In this document: piece after piece, positions 1-12,582 of the stretch
How positions within the stretch are numbered: position 1 is the stretch's first letter
How the letters are laid out: every line of letters begins with the position of its first letter
NCBI GenBank assembly: GCA_951406725.2
Contig: OX597820.1
Span: 67,456,001 to 67,520,000, forward strand
Length of the DNA: 64,000 bases
Origin: Octopus vulgaris
Lineage: Eukaryota
Direction of reading: 5' to 3'
Translations under genes and position numbers: made by a program
The notes under the pieces: generated by a model
Databases searched by the model: none
What the model was told of the DNA's origin: nothing
What the model saw: the letters and a program-made list of their open reading frames with translations, nothing else

Positions 1-391
1 ATACTCTCTTCATTACCATTTAATGTATATTTTCCATGCTGACATGGGTTGGATAGTTTGACAGGAGCTGGTGACCCAGAGGACTTAGCCAAGTTCTAAG
101 GTTTACTTTGGCATAGTTTCTATGACTGGTTGACCTTCCTCATGCCAACCACCTTACAGAGTGTACTGGGTGCTTTTTATGTGGCACGAACACCAGGGAA
201 GTGGAAATAGGTCAATTAGACTTATATAACTCATGGACAAAGAGATATATTGACTGCCTTTATGAAAGTCTGTTGCAAAATTTAAACTGAAAGGGTGAAT
301 GGCTGAGTGGATTAGAAGGTCTTAACCCTTTAATGGATTATCCCGAGTTTATTCGTGCATTGCAAATGTATCTTTTTAGAACCAGATGAGT

Positions 392-752
392 ATCATCATC
401 ATCATTTAGCGTCCGTTTTCCATGCTAGCATGGGTTGGACGGTTCAACTGGGGTCTGTGAAGCCGGAAGGCTGCATCAGGCCCAGTCAGATCTGGCAGTG
501 TTTCTACGGCTGGATGCCCTTCCTAACGCCAACCACTCCGTGAGTGTAGTGGGTGCTTTTTACGTGCCACCCGCACAGGTGCCAGACGGAGCTGGCAAAC
601 GGCCACGAACGGATGGTGCTTTTACGTGCCACCGGCATGGGAGCCAGGCGAGGCTGGCAACGGACACGAACGGATGGTGCTTTTACGTGCCACCGGCACG
701 GGGGCCAGGCGAGGCTGGCAACGGACGCGAGCGGATGGTGCTTTTACGTGCC
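392..752 (-). mobile_element. SINE family C (ATG-repeat tail) with internal ~60-bp tandem triplication
   Basis: Minus strand carries GGTTGGCGTTAGGAAGGGCATCCAGCCGTAGAAA (resembles the Meta-SINE central domain, from recall) and ends in (ATG)n; unit GGTGCTTTTACGTGCCACC...GGCTGGCAACGG...GGAT repeated about 3 times. Other copies at ~10-190, 3682-3860, 4336-4690, 6770-6960, 8414-8568, 21552-21880. Confidence 0.8.
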
Positions 753-1311
753 AAAATTAACTTTTAATTTTAGCACTCAAATGAATTTATTTGTTTTGTG
801 TCATTTCATTTTTGAGCAATCACGAATTTACTCGCATTGTTGTACACTTGGCAGCACATATTCTGGTGCAATTTCAAAGAGTTTATGCTTCTGAGTTTTG
901 AACTTTTACTTCAGTGCATACTCAGATTCAGGAGGAAGTTGATGTCATTTTAGAACCGTCTCGTTTTGATTCTCTTTTATTTATTCAAATAAGAGAATTA
1001 TTTATGCACGAAACCAGGGAGACCATCATCGATCCCACATGCCCAAGTTGGTTACTTTCCCATGGAAATACCACCAATTGATAAGAAAAAGAACCCTACA
1101 AGATAGTGTGCAAAATGCGCAGAGAAGAGAGACGCTAAAGGAAAGAATATACATGTGTGATGTCTGCAAGATAACTGTGTAACTCCTTGTTTTAAAAATT
1201 ATCTTTCTAAATAAACTGTCTATCTCATTTTTTAAAAAGTTTCCTTTGATTTGGAAGCAATACATCTTATAAAATGTCCGAGTTAGCTCGTTTAAATCCA
1301 AATGAGTAAAT

Positions 1312-1490
1312 CTCTCTCTATATAAATGGCAAAATGTCTGTGTGTGTGTGTATCCTTTATACAAATCCACAATTTTTCAGTTCGAGGGCTCGCACTTTCT
1401 ATGGTCATTCAAAACCGTCCAAGGGTAGTCGTGCACATCTTTACATTTCCCCAGTCACCCAGCAAAGCCATTAAAAAAAATCAATAGAAG
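1312..1490 (+). mobile_element. Helitron/DINE-1-like non-autonomous element 5' end
   Basis: Starts TCTCTCTATATAAA, followed by TGTCTGTGTG microsatellite, an architecture typical of HINE/DINE-1-like elements. Confidence 0.4.
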
Positions 1491-1499
1491 TGGTATTTA

Positions 1500-2037
1500 A
1501 AGTGATGGCAACTTTATGCCTCCATTCATCTTCCCACACAGCCTCAGACTCAGCATGAAGGCCTAGATCAAGTGTCTGGTGGGGTGGCTGCTGGAAGACT
1601 ATGTCTAGCAAGACTCTGCACCATGCCACATAAGCAGGAGAACCCAGTCTTGGTTGTCAGACAATTTCTGCGACCACATCACCCCTAACAGCTGGCCACC
1701 TAACTCCCCAGATTGCAACACCCTTGATTACTATGTGTGGAGCACAGTTGAGTGAGAGGCCAACAAAACTCCTTGTAACACCAAAGATGAACTGAAGGCA
1801 AGGATTATGGCAGCATTTACCAACTTAAACACAGAGACTATCCAGAAGTATTGCAGGAGACTCCAAAGTCATCTTGAGATCATAGTTAAAGCCAATGGTG
1901 ATTTCATTAAATAAATTTACTCTTTAGTATTTCAAGATATTTTAATGCAATTTTGGTAAATATATCTCTTAAGATTAGATTGCAGAGTTATTTTCATTTT
2001 TGCATATTTTAGACAACAATTTATTCACTGCACCCTG
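1500..2037 (+). mobile_element. maT (DD37D) Tc1/mariner transposon relic, 3' part
   Basis: Frame from ~1600: QDSAPCHISRRTQSWLSDNFCDHITPNSWPPNSPDCNTLDYYVWSTVE*...KANGDFIK*. 37 residues between the last two catalytic Asp, internal stops, end CACCCTG|TA. Confidence 0.85.
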
Positions 2038-2286
2038 TATGTATATGCATATATATATACACACAGACATTATGTATAAAAATATTTTTCAATGTGCTTT
2101 ACCTTTTTTTTTTAAGACAGTAGGGTTTGATTTGATATTTGGTTACTAATGAGCCACCTACGAAAGCATGTTTCATTGTTTAGTACAGGAACTCGCAGTA
2201 CATAGAAGAGATAGGTGTATTATTTATGGTGATTAATCAAATATTTCAGATAAAAAGGCACAAACAATTAATACAAATAAAAATTA

Positions 2287-2292
2287 TTTAAT
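2287..2292 (-). terminator. Candidate polyadenylation signal (ATTAAA) of MRPL15
   Basis: TTTAAT on + = ATTAAA on -, about 75 nt downstream of the stop, followed by T-rich sequence on the transcribed strand. Confidence 0.4.
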
Positions 2293-2364
2293 GCTAAAAT
2301 ATAAACAAGAATTCTCAGTCTTTCAAAACACATCATCCAATAATGATACTAATTACATTAATGG

Positions 2365-2823
2365 TTAAGATTGGTAAAAATTTTCATATTCTGGATCTGT
2401 AGCTTTATATATTACTTTGTCGTTTAGGTTAACAATCCAGCCGGGTTGTAAATTGAAGAAAACTTGACGAGGATCTTTGCTTTGTAACATTAAATTTTTG
2501 GTATCTTCATCAACTTCTGGTATTGTGTAACCATATTTCTGAGCAAGTTCTATGCGTGCTTCTTGTACAAGATCAGGATCAGCAAGATAGCCACGGTTTT
2601 TTGGATTGGTATAGTATTCCACGCAATCTTGTGTTGGTAAATGACATCGTGGAATGGGTTTCCCTGACTGGAAAAATTTCTTGATATCAGCCAAGGCTAA
2701 CAGTGACATAGGATCATAATAACGAGTTGTAATTCTGCCACCATTTCTCTCAATTGCAGCGATAGTCAGCTCACTAGCCCACTGGACTTCTATGTTGATA
2801 CAGCTCTTGAAACCATCAGCTCC
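2365..2823 (-). CDS. MRPL15: MRPL15 coding exon 4 (terminal)
   Basis: Acceptor ctcattgacag|GGA; 459 nt; GADGFKSCINIEVQWASELTIAAIERNGGRITTRYYDP...YYTNPKNRGYLADP...KDPRQVFFNLQPGWIVNL...FYQS-stop. Spliced CDS totals 882 nt = 293 aa + stop. Confidence 0.97.
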   Translation of the reverse strand, partial: GADGFKSCINIEVQWASELTIAAIERNGGRITTRYYDPMSLLALADIKKFFQSGKPIPRCHLPTQDCVEYYTNPKNRGYLADPDLVQEARIELAQKYGYTIPEVDEDTKNLMLQSKDPRQVFFNLQPGWIVNLNDKVIYKATDPEYENFYQS

Positions 2824-3924
2824 CTGTCAATGAGATAAGAAAAGGGGGGAAAAATAAAGATATTTGCATATTCATCATCGTAATTTTAATTTCCACTTTT
2901 CCATGCTTGCATGGGTCAGACGGAGTTTATTGAAGTAGGTTTCGTAAAGCCAGATGCCCTTTCTGTTACCAAGCAAGGTAATATTTCCCTGTGGCCAGAC
3001 ATGATTTTACAGAATATTGGAATGATATTAATCTACAACAATCATCTGATATCAAGACAAGAAGACAAACATACACATGCAACAGGCTTCTTACAGTTTC
3101 CATTCTACTAAATCCACTCAGAAGACACCACCCAAGGTGCTATGTACTGAGACTGAACCTGGAACCATGTGGTTGGGAAGCAAGCTACTTACCACACAAC
3201 CACATCTGCATCTAATATTGTGAAAAATTTAAGCAATGAATGTAGATTAATAGCGAGTTGAGAGTGAGCTTAGCCTAATCTCTGTAGGATGTGCAACGTT
3301 AATTACAAGAAATTCTAGAGTTGACAATGTTATGGCTTTTAAAATATTGACCTCTGTAAACAGGCCTAAGCAATATGTGGTCTTGAGACTCCTCAAGGAG
3401 GATAGTAACTTCCATAAGGGCTTCTTTATGTCAAACTGTTCAACCCATGTCATAAACACACATGCATGTGCGCACGCACGCACACACAAAATAAGCTTCT
3501 GCACATTTTCCTTCTATCGTATTCCCTACAGTAGGAGACACTGGCCCACGGTGCTGTGCAGTAGCAAACTTGTTAGCCCCTAGGCTATGGCCGCATCTCA
3601 TATAGTTACGAAAACCAACTACACGTTACATGTTAGGTGAAACAGTGATCAAAGATGATATTGGAAGACGACTATAAAAGCATCATCATTTAACGTCTGT
3701 TGTCCATGCTAGCATGGGTTGGATGGTTTGACCAGGGCTGGTAAGCTGAGGGGCTGCACCAGACTCCAGGGCATGGTTTTCCACAGCTGGATGCCTTTTC
3801 TAACGCCAACCACTCTGAGAGTGAAATGGGTGCCAATTTATGTGACACTGGTATCTGCCATGACTGTGATTTTGCTTGGCTTGATGGGTCTTCTTCTCAA
3901 GCACGACATAATGCCAAATGTCAT

Positions 3925-4305
3925 TGCCTCCATGAGGCCCAACACTCGAAAGAAACTCAGTCACTTTGCCTTCATGGGCCCAATGCTCGAAAGGAACTCA
4001 CCACTTTGCCTCCATGGGACTCAATTATTTTTTTCCATGAGGCCCAATGCTTGAAAGGAACTCAGCTACTTTGCCTCCATGAGGCTCACACTCAAAACGA
4101 ACTCAGTCGTTTTGTTCCATGAGGCTCAATTCTCAAAAGGGACTCAGCCACTTTGCCTCCATGAGGCCCAATGCTCAAAAGGGACTCAGCCACTTTGCTT
4201 CCATGAGGCTCAACACTCAAAAGGGACTCAGCCACTTTGCCTCTATGGGGCCCAATGCTCGAAAGGAACTCAATCCCTTTGCTTCTGTGAGGCCCAATAC
4301 TTGAA
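3925..4305. repeat. 42-bp minisatellite (~9 degenerate units) in MRPL15 intron 3
   Basis: Unit CTCCATGAGGCCCAATGCTCAAAAGGGACTCAGCCACTTTGC; gives a 14-aa periodicity (LCLHEAQCSKGTQP) in spurious ORFs. Confidence 0.9.
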
Positions 4306-4335
4306 ACGAATATCAGATCAGAGAATGTAAGATTC

Positions 4336-4690
4336 ATCATCATCATCGTTTAGCGTCCGTTTTCCATGCTAGCATGGGTTGGACGGTTCTACTGGGGTCT
4401 GTGAAGCCAGAAGGCTTCATCAGGCCCAGTCAAATCTGGCAGTGTTTCTACGGCTGGATGCCCTTCCTAACGCCAACCACTCCGTGAGTGTAGTGGGTGC
4501 TTTTTACGTGCCACCCGCACAGGTGCCAGACAGAGCTGGCAAACGGCCACGAACGGATGGTGCTTTTTATGTGCCACCAGCACGAGGGCCAGGCAAGGCT
4601 GGCAACGGACACGAAACGGGGTGGTGCTGGCAACGGTCGTGAAACGGAAGGTTCTCTTACATGCCACCGGCACTGGTAACACATCTGCAA
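4336..4690 (-). mobile_element. SINE family C copy
   Basis: Near-identical to 392-640 including the (CAT)n end. Confidence 0.85.
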
Positions 4691-5623
4691 TTTCCATTGA
4701 TCGATTTCCATTGCAGCAGTGAAATGATTATAGTCGCATAATGCTCCATTTTAGATTCATTCGTACCATGGTTGTAGAGAAAAACAGGTACTGTTATGTT
4801 TATAATGACGAAGGTGGTGAGCTGGCAGAATCTTTAGTATGCCAGACATTTGTTCTGGTTTTACATTCTGAGTTCAAATGCTACCTTTCATCCCTTCAGG
4901 GTGAGTACTGGGGTTGATGCCATTGACTGTTGCCCGCCCCCAACAATTGTGGGTCTTGTGCCAAAAATTTGAAAGAACTATTATTATAGTGATAAATTCT
5001 TTGATTATTTTTATGCATTTGATTGAAACCAAAGAAGGGAATGGTTTGGATTCTGACAATATAAATCCCAGTCCTGCTACAGAAATGGCACATTAATTTA
5101 CTTGATCAAATGAATGAACCAAGATAGATGAACTCCCAGATTATCTAACGTTAAAGAAAAATGAAAGAAAAAAAAAAATCATTCAAAAGCTTAAATCTGT
5201 AAAACCATTTCATACAACAAATGACTGGGATACTTTTCACATATTCCTTTTATCTAATTGATGTAATAGCCAAATAGCCAAATATGTTCTTCCATAAATA
5301 CCTGCTTTAAATTGTAAGTTCTGATACTAAATACAGTTTTTTAAAAATATTAAGGGTAGGAAAGCTAACCAGATTTTTGTTAGAATGTTAAAAATATGGT
5401 TAGAGAGCGAAAAACATTATAATCAATATCCTAAAAACATGATTACAATGTTAAAATGTTTTGCTTAGAAGACTAAAAATATTATGTTTAAAATGTTAAA
5501 CATATTACAACTAGAATATTAAAAATGTTACAGTTAAAATACTAAAAATATAGTTTGAATACTAAAAATATTAAATTGATGAGTTAATTCTCAGCATTTT
5601 ATCAGAAAATCTGTGGTCATGAT

Positions 5624-5882
5624 CAGGGCTGGGGAGCCAAAGCAAAAAACTTTGACTCTGACTCCTACTATTGGCACCTCTGACTCCAACTCCTCTTTAT
5701 ATAATTAAACGATTCTGGTCTACATATCCTATAAAGCATATGCATACACTCGTACTTTGAGTAGGCCTATATGTTATAAGTGGTTTATATTAAAGAATAA
5801 GGATATTGTAAGTCGGTGTTCGTATAGTTTTACTGATTCCGACTCTAGCTACCCCTTAATTGTTTTCAACTCCACAGGCCTG
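5624..5882. mobile_element. hAT-type MITE with 8-bp TSD
   Basis: TIRs CAGGGCTGGGGAG ... CTCCACAGGCCTG; internal GACTCC repeats; flanks GTCATGAT / GTCGTGAT. Confidence 0.8.
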
Positions 5883-7074
5883 GTCGTGATACTACTCAGG
5901 TTGAGCTGACTGAACCTAAACAACAACAATTCCTACAACTTGTAAACAAAAACCAAGGAGGAAGTCATGCAAACAAGGTCATTCATGAAAAGCATGTCTA
6001 GTTATGGGGAAATACTACCTTATTTGGAAACAGGTGAGAGTTGGTGACAGGAAGGGCATTTGGCCATGGGAAAATCTGCCTCATCAAATTCCATCTGACC
6101 CATGCAAGCATGGGAAAAGTGGCCATTAAATGGTGACAATGATGAAACTTCAATATGTTTCCTCTATTTTACTTGCAAGAAATGGCAACCAAATAACTTA
6201 CTCAGAAACCACATGCACAGTTGACTTTAAACAAAGAGAAGGACACATTGGATAGAGTAGTTCTAGATACGCTGTTTGAAAAATAAAACAGGATGGTCAT
6301 AACTAGAATGCCTTTGCTTAGTCAGGGTAGGATAATATTTTTGTGGTATTTAGTTATGGTCTTTTTATATGGAGTTCAAATCCTGATGAGATCAACTTTG
6401 CGATTCATTTCTTTGAGGAATAAATAAACTAAAGTAAGAGTTAAATATTCATCAATAACCTCCACGCGGACATTACTGTTTCAAATCCTAGGGCTCATAG
6501 AGCCGGTTACCCAATCTGACTGAAATCACAACATTTGACCTGAACAGGGCGCCAGCCTGTTACAGAGTTACTAATTTTGCAGCTGAGTGGACTGGAGCAA
6601 TGTAAAATCAAGCATCTTGCTGAAGAAAACAATGCAGTACCCAGTCTGGGTGACCATGCATGCAACACGTCTTCACTGAAGTATAGTATCGGGAGTTGAT
6701 TTAATATTTCTGTACAGTGTCCCAGATGTAAATGGAAACATAAAAGACAAAGAACAACTTGTTAACTACATCATTATCATCATTTAACGTCCATTTTCCA
6801 TGCTGGCATGGGTTGGATGGTTTGACATGGAGCTGGCTAGACTCCAATTATCTGTTGCGGCATGGTTTTTACAGCTGGATGCCCTTCCTAATGCCAACCA
6901 CTTTACAGAATGTGCTGGGTGCTTTTTATGTCACCAGCACAAGTGCATTTTATGTGGCACCGGCAATTGTAAAGGACAGGCCTGTATGTATGGATGACAG
7001 CGATTTTACTTAGCATGGCATGTCTTCTCAAGTACAGCAAATATGTTAAAACAATAACAACTAAAAGTACTTAC

Positions 7075-7237
7075 ATCTTCTGTCAGCCAGATTCCATGGT
7101 CTTGCACAGGGTTGAAATTGAAGAGCCTTGTATTTGTGATACTAACAATATCAATGGGTGAATTTTTATCAATCCGACCAAGATCTACCATTCTTTGTAA
7201 TGACAACATGTTTAAAGGACTGTAGCTTTTTCGCAAA
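7075..7237 (-). CDS. MRPL15: MRPL15 coding exon 3
   Basis: Acceptor ttttcgtgcag|T, donor GAT|GTAAGT; 163 nt; (H)LRKSYSPLNMLSLQRMVDLGRIDKNSPIDIVSITNTRLFNFNPVQDHGIWLTED; phases join exons 2 and 4 in frame. Confidence 0.96.
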
Positions 7238-7580
7238 CTGCACGAAAAAGAAAAAAAAAGCAAAAGTACATTAATCAAAAGTAGTTATAAAACAGCATCA
7301 AGACAATGAGATTATGTTTAGTTAATTAATATAAAGGTGCATATGTGGCCACAAGGTTAAGAAGTTTGCTTGGTAACCTTGTGGTTGAGAGTTTGTTTCC
7401 ATTGTGTAGTACTGGGGGTTGGTGTCTTCTACTACTATAGCCAGGGTGACTCTAAAGGGAAGGTTTAAGCTAAAAGACACTTGCACACTGTGAAGCAAGC
7501 TTCTTAACTACACTTCCAAGCATCTGCTCACAAAAGTACCTGACCTCATAAACACCCATGAAGCTTTTGAAAATATTCAA

Positions 7581-8388
7581 CCCTTTAGCATTCAGATCCT
7601 TCTGTCAAATATAATAATTATTCATTTACATTTTCAAAAATAAATTCAGCATTATCTTGTTGCTTCAAGATTTCAAATGATGTGATTGTTTATTTTTAGA
7701 ATGACATTGTAGGGTAGGTGTGAGAAGACAGACCAGGTCGGTTTGAGTATCTTTTATCTTTTACTTGTTTCAGTCATTAAACTGCAGCCATGCTGGGGCA
7801 CCGCTTTGAATTTTTAGTCGAATAAACCGACCCCAGTACTTATTCTATCAGTCCCTTTAGCCAAATCACTGAGTTACAGGAACGTAAACACACCAACACC
7901 AGTTGTCAAGCAGTGATTTGGGGGACACAACACAAGCACAGTCACAAAGACACACACACACACACACACATATATGTAGATATTTCAGGTCATTAAGAAT
8001 TTAAATTGAAAGTTTGTTTTACTTTATCTCAACAAAAAACAAAACAGTTAATCAAATTAATCATATGCACCTAAATTATCAACACAATTTTGCCATTTTA
8101 TCAGCTTATTTATGCCAGTAGCAAAGAATTCTGGAGAGCAAATGGTGATGAAATCACAAAAGAGTGCTTTTGTATCTTCTTCAGATTTGAAGTTTTTTCG
8201 TTGGATGAAATGATGAGTGAACTACGCCTATATAGTAGAAGACTCTTGCTGAAGGTGCCATGCAGTGGGACCGAACCAGGAACCATGTAGTTGGGAAGCA
8301 AACTTCTTACCACACAGCCACTCCTGTGTCTATGTATGAAACAAAAAAAATATTTGGACTGGAAATGGCTGGTTTAAAAGCTAAAGGG
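7581..8388. mobile_element. piggyBac-like MITE with nested SINE A (7752-8328, -) and mariner fragment
   Basis: TIRs CCCTTTAGC ... GCTAAAGGG with degenerate TTAA flanks (TCAA / TTAC). Confidence 0.55.
7980..8225 (-). pseudogene. mariner transposase C-terminal relic
   Basis: Minus frame KNFKSEEDTKALFCDFITICSPEFFATGINKLIKWQNCVDNLGAYD*, matching the mariner C-terminal pattern FF.xGI.KL..RWQKCV...G.YF. Confidence 0.75.
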
Positions 8389-8413
8389 TTACAGTAAATT
8401 TCTTTTAGATTTC

Positions 8414-8568
8414 TACACTCTCGGAGTGGTTGGTGTTAGGAAGGGCATCCAGCTGTAGAAACTCTGCCAGATCAGATTGGAGTCTGGTGCAGCCATCTGG
8501 TTTGCCAGCCCTCAGTCAAATCGTCCAACTAATGCTAGCATGGAAAGTGGACGTTAAACGATGATGAT
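8414..8568 (+). mobile_element. SINE family C, 5'-truncated copy
   Basis: GGTTGGTGTTAGGAAGGGCATCCAGCTGTAGAAA ... GGACGTTAAACGATGATGAT tail. Confidence 0.8.
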
Positions 8569-8706
8569 TTCTATTTAGAGGTAATTTTTAGTGATAATTT
8601 TTTTTGTTAGATAACTTGATTTAATGTTGTAAAGGAGTTTACAACAAAATTTGGTAGTATAGTTGTGAAACATGACATAGTACTATAATTATAAAATATG
8701 ACTTAC

Positions 8707-8861
8707 TGCCAGCCTTTATAAAATGGTTCTTTTGGAATCATTAAATAAAATGGAGTATTTCCTCCTTCAAAACCAAGTCTAGGAAGATTTCCATGTTTTC
8801 TTTGACCTGTGTCACTTCGTCCTGAATTTCCACCACGGCAGTTTCCTCGTTTCACAAGCTC
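8707..8861 (-). CDS. MRPL15: MRPL15 coding exon 2
   Basis: Acceptor ttttaacag|GAG, donor CA|GTAAGT; 155 nt; ELVKRGNCRGGNSGRSDTGQRKHGNLPRLGFEGGNTPFYLMIPKEPFYKGW(H), containing the uL15 signature PRLGFEGGxTPF. Confidence 0.96.
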
Positions 8862-10832
8862 CTGTTAAAACAAATATAAAGGCAAATATTTAAAAAAAAA
8901 AAAAAAAAAAAAACCCCCACAAAAAGGCCATCGAAAGAAATACAGGTTGAATACTTAACATTTTTGGGGAATTAATTACCTTAAAATAATAGGTATATAT
9001 GTAAAAACATAGTTTATATTCATATAGAAGAAAAAAGAAAAGAAAACGGAGATCGGGAAGTTAATAATAACCAATTATTAACTTCCCATCATTTATATGA
9101 TGATGATGATGATATACTTCGTGCAAGAAGAGGCGTGACAGTCACTTTGGAGTTTCTGTCTGCTTGCCTTCACAGGACAGTCTAACAAATGGAAGCAAAT
9201 CCAAAACTTCAACACCACAGTCATCTCCCTTCTTGAAAGTTTTCTAAATATATTCTCTACAAAAAGTTTTAATCTTTCAGTTAAATTTTAAATTGTTTTT
9301 ATTATAACAGAACATAAAAACAAACATTAAATATATGTGTGAGAAAATTACATTTTTTACTTCAAACACACCCCTTGTGCTAAATAAGCTGAAAGTAGAA
9401 CAGTAAATAATTTCTAGAAATTGAAAGGGCACTGAAATTTTGTGTCTAAGGCCAGCTGGTGACGTTGATCTCCTGGGGCTAAAAGCATCAGTAACACCCC
9501 ACCCCCAGTGGCTAGCCACATTCAGATGGCTAGTACACTTTACGTCGATAATTTAAGCATTATAGAGTTAAACAGGTAACTACTGAAGGTGGCGATCCAG
9601 TATAGTCTTCGCTGTTATATCATAAACAAACTAAAGAACTACTGAACAGTTTTAAAATGGAGAGCTTAATATTTCATATGAAGCATTTAATAACAGACCA
9701 TCGTAAGTGCCACAACTTAAAAACCGAGAAAAACGCAAAGTTTTGTGACTTTCAGAATATCTCAGCAAGGAATGAAGTTAGAAAGCTGGTTTTGGTCTTA
9801 AAATGACCATGAAGACCTCCTCTAATCATTCCACCTATGTAAAATTATTTATTTATGTATACATCTGAAAGATGAAACAATGACTGCATCTTACTCATTT
9901 TGTAGAATATACCGGTACCACAAAACGGTGTATTGCATGGCATATTTTTAGTCATAATATCTAGGAACGGTATTGCTTGTGCTTTAATATACCAAGGTAA
10001 GTATCTTTAAGACAAGATAGTAAGATAATAGTCCATTATCATTAAGATGGTAACAAAGAATGCTAGAAAATGAGCCATAACACCTTGAAGAACAATACAG
10101 GGATCACACCAAAGTTATTGATTGGGTGTGTGTGCTTACGATGGTGTGTGTTACTAAACTCTCTGGTCTGAGTTTGGGCGAGCAAGCATCGTGTCAATAG
10201 CGTCGAGGTACAATTTTTTCAGCCAGATTTTCGACCTTAATGTAAGCCTCACCGGTTCTCTCTCCCAACTTTTTTCAGATTCTAGATGTCGAGACAAAGA
10301 AAATGATATACAAACCTTGAATATGGCTGGGGCGGCGCTTATGACACTCTGTTACTAAACGCCTAATATGATGTAAGCAAATCATTTAGACAGCAAGCTG
10401 GTGGAATCGTTAGCATGTCAAACAAAATGCCTAGATACATTTCATCCAGCTTTATAAGTTTACTTCTGAGGCCACTTTTACCGTTCATCCCTTTAGGGTC
10501 GACAAAATAAGGTATCAGTCAAGTACTGGGGAGGGTGTCTGAGTTGTGATAACTGACCTGTCTCTTCCCTTCAAAATAGTTGGCCTTGAACCCTGCAATG
10601 ATCAGCATCCTGTTCTGGAGGAATGTTGTGATCTTGGTCAATTATAAACTGAGTAACCAGCCTTATGAGACTCAAGGGTTAGAAGAAAAAAAGGACATTA
10701 TTATCGAACTACAGTATAGAGTATAACTGGACACTCTTAAATAATAATTATTGAAGGCCAAAAACCATAAAGTAGTCCTTATGTGTAATATCAGCTATTA
10801 AAACATGAAAAAATACACAATTTTAAACAATA

Positions 10833-11210
10833 GGCATAGGAGTGGCCGTGTGGTAAGTAGCTTGCTTATGAACCACATGATCCCGGGTTTAGTCCCACTG
10901 CGTGGCACCTCAGGCAAGTGTCTTCTACTATAGCCTCAGGCCGACCAAAGCCTTGTGAGTGGATTTGGTAGACGAAAACTGAGAAGTCCGTCGTATATGT
11001 ATATATGTATGTGTGTATATGTCTGTCCCCCCAACATCGCTTGACAACCGATGCTGGTGTATTTACGTCCCTGTAACTTAGCGGTTCGGCAAAAGAGACT
11101 GATCGAATAAGCACTAGGATTACAAAGAATAAGTCCTGGGGTCGATTTGCTCAACTAAAAAAGGCGGTGCTCCAGCATGGCCGCAGTCAAATGACTGCAG
11201 TAAAAGAGTA
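10833..11210 (+). mobile_element. SINE family A (tRNA-derived, internal TA/TG microsatellite)
   Basis: A box TGGCCGTGTGG, B-box-like GGTTTAGTCCC, CCTCAGGCAAGTGTCTT core, internal (TA/TG)n, tail GTAAAAGAGT. At least 12 copies in the window. Confidence 0.88.
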
Positions 11211-12002
11211 ATATAGCATTATCATGAGAGGGTATGATTGTGAGGGAGTTTTGGTTGCAATTTCTAATAGGTTAAGTAATCACATTGTTGGTGTGTGAGA
11301 AGTAAGTTCACTTCTTAATGTGTGATTTGCAAGAGAATTAGCTTCTATTTTTAGCAATTCCACCAGGAGTTGAGGTCCTAAGTAATATTTTATCCTATCT
11401 TAAATCCGTTTTTTTAGCGTTTCCGATGTAATTTCTCTTCAGTTTAAACAGTAGGTTTATAATAAAAGAAGCATTCCAGCCATGACTATTATGTCTTTTT
11501 AGGGGTGCCAAGAGTTACATTATATACCGTATCCCTTCACTTTTTCAAGACGATAGGGTATAATTTGAGATTTAGTTGTTAATATTAGCAGGACAAGCGA
11601 CCAAGCTGACGAATGCAGAAACCGGAGTTTATTTACTGCGAATTCCAAATTAACTCCCCTCGAATATGAGGAAGAACCTTAACAAATGATTATTTACTAA
11701 ATGTATTTAGAATGAAAAGCAAAGTCGACCTCCACCACGTTTGAACTCAGAACGTAAAGAGCCGGAAGAAATGCTGCTAAGCATTTTGTCCGGCGTGGCA
11801 ACAATTCATCCAGCTTGCAGGTCTTATTGCTCTTACTAAATAAATTACGAAATTATCAAAAAGAAAAACATTACTATACACATGTTGGATGACCAAATCC
11901 AAACTATTAGAAAATTGAATGAGTTTATATTGTGTATTCATTTATACTTCAACAAGTGCCCTATATTCCTTCATTCTTTTGACATTACGGTTGTAATTTA
12001 TT

Positions 12003-12416
12003 CCTTTTGATACAAATCTATCTGAAATTGCCCCATGGCTTTATAATACAAATTTGTTGGCATTCTTTCGATATAACTCGACAAAATCAAAACATTTCAC
12101 TCCGGGTATTTCCGTGAAAGCAAATGACTGTTCGATTCTGTTTTCTACTTGGAAATTTGCGGATTTTACATACACACATGAAACGGGTAAGAACAAATAT
12201 GCAAGGCTTTTTGGCGATGTCAATGTTTTTATTTTGTCGAGTTACATCGAAAGAATGCCGTCTTGTTTTTAAATTGTCTGAATTAAGAGATTCCATCAAC
12301 ATTTTGACCCAAACATCAGCTTAATAACAATAGTTCTTTATACAAAGTTTTTCATTATTTTCAAAATTAATTTAAACAAAGGCAATGTTTTCAACAGAAA
12401 TATGGTAACAAAAGGG
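12003..12416. mobile_element. piggyBac-like MITE (degenerate)
   Basis: CCTTTTGATAC ... GGTAACAAAAGGG|TTAG terminal inverted repeats. Confidence 0.4.
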
Positions 12417-12582
12417 TTAGAGAATTGCTGAAATTAATAATTATCCATAAAGGTTAAAGAAAATGCTGTCCAAAAATAACCTGTAGAGGACGTAAACACA
12501 AGACTACTTGTCATTTGAATTAGATAGAAGCAATCCAGATTCTTTAAATGTGTCTATGAAAGAAATAACGACATAAAAATAC

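Noticed and set aside
3925-4305. CRISPR-like regular repeat
   Set aside because: Contiguous 42-bp tandem units without unique spacers, in a eukaryotic intron, no cas genes.
6380-6400. CTGATGA motif
   Set aside because: Mutated SINE B sequence (CCGCCGAGG position) with no downstream GAAA or stems.
7006-7278. Stand-alone 90-aa ORF (and 2365-2709)
   Set aside because: These are MRPL15 exons read into intron or from an internal Met, not separate genes.
11600-11635. CTGACGA-atgca-GAAAC hammerhead-like string
   Set aside because: No stem II and no stem I pairing; probably chance.
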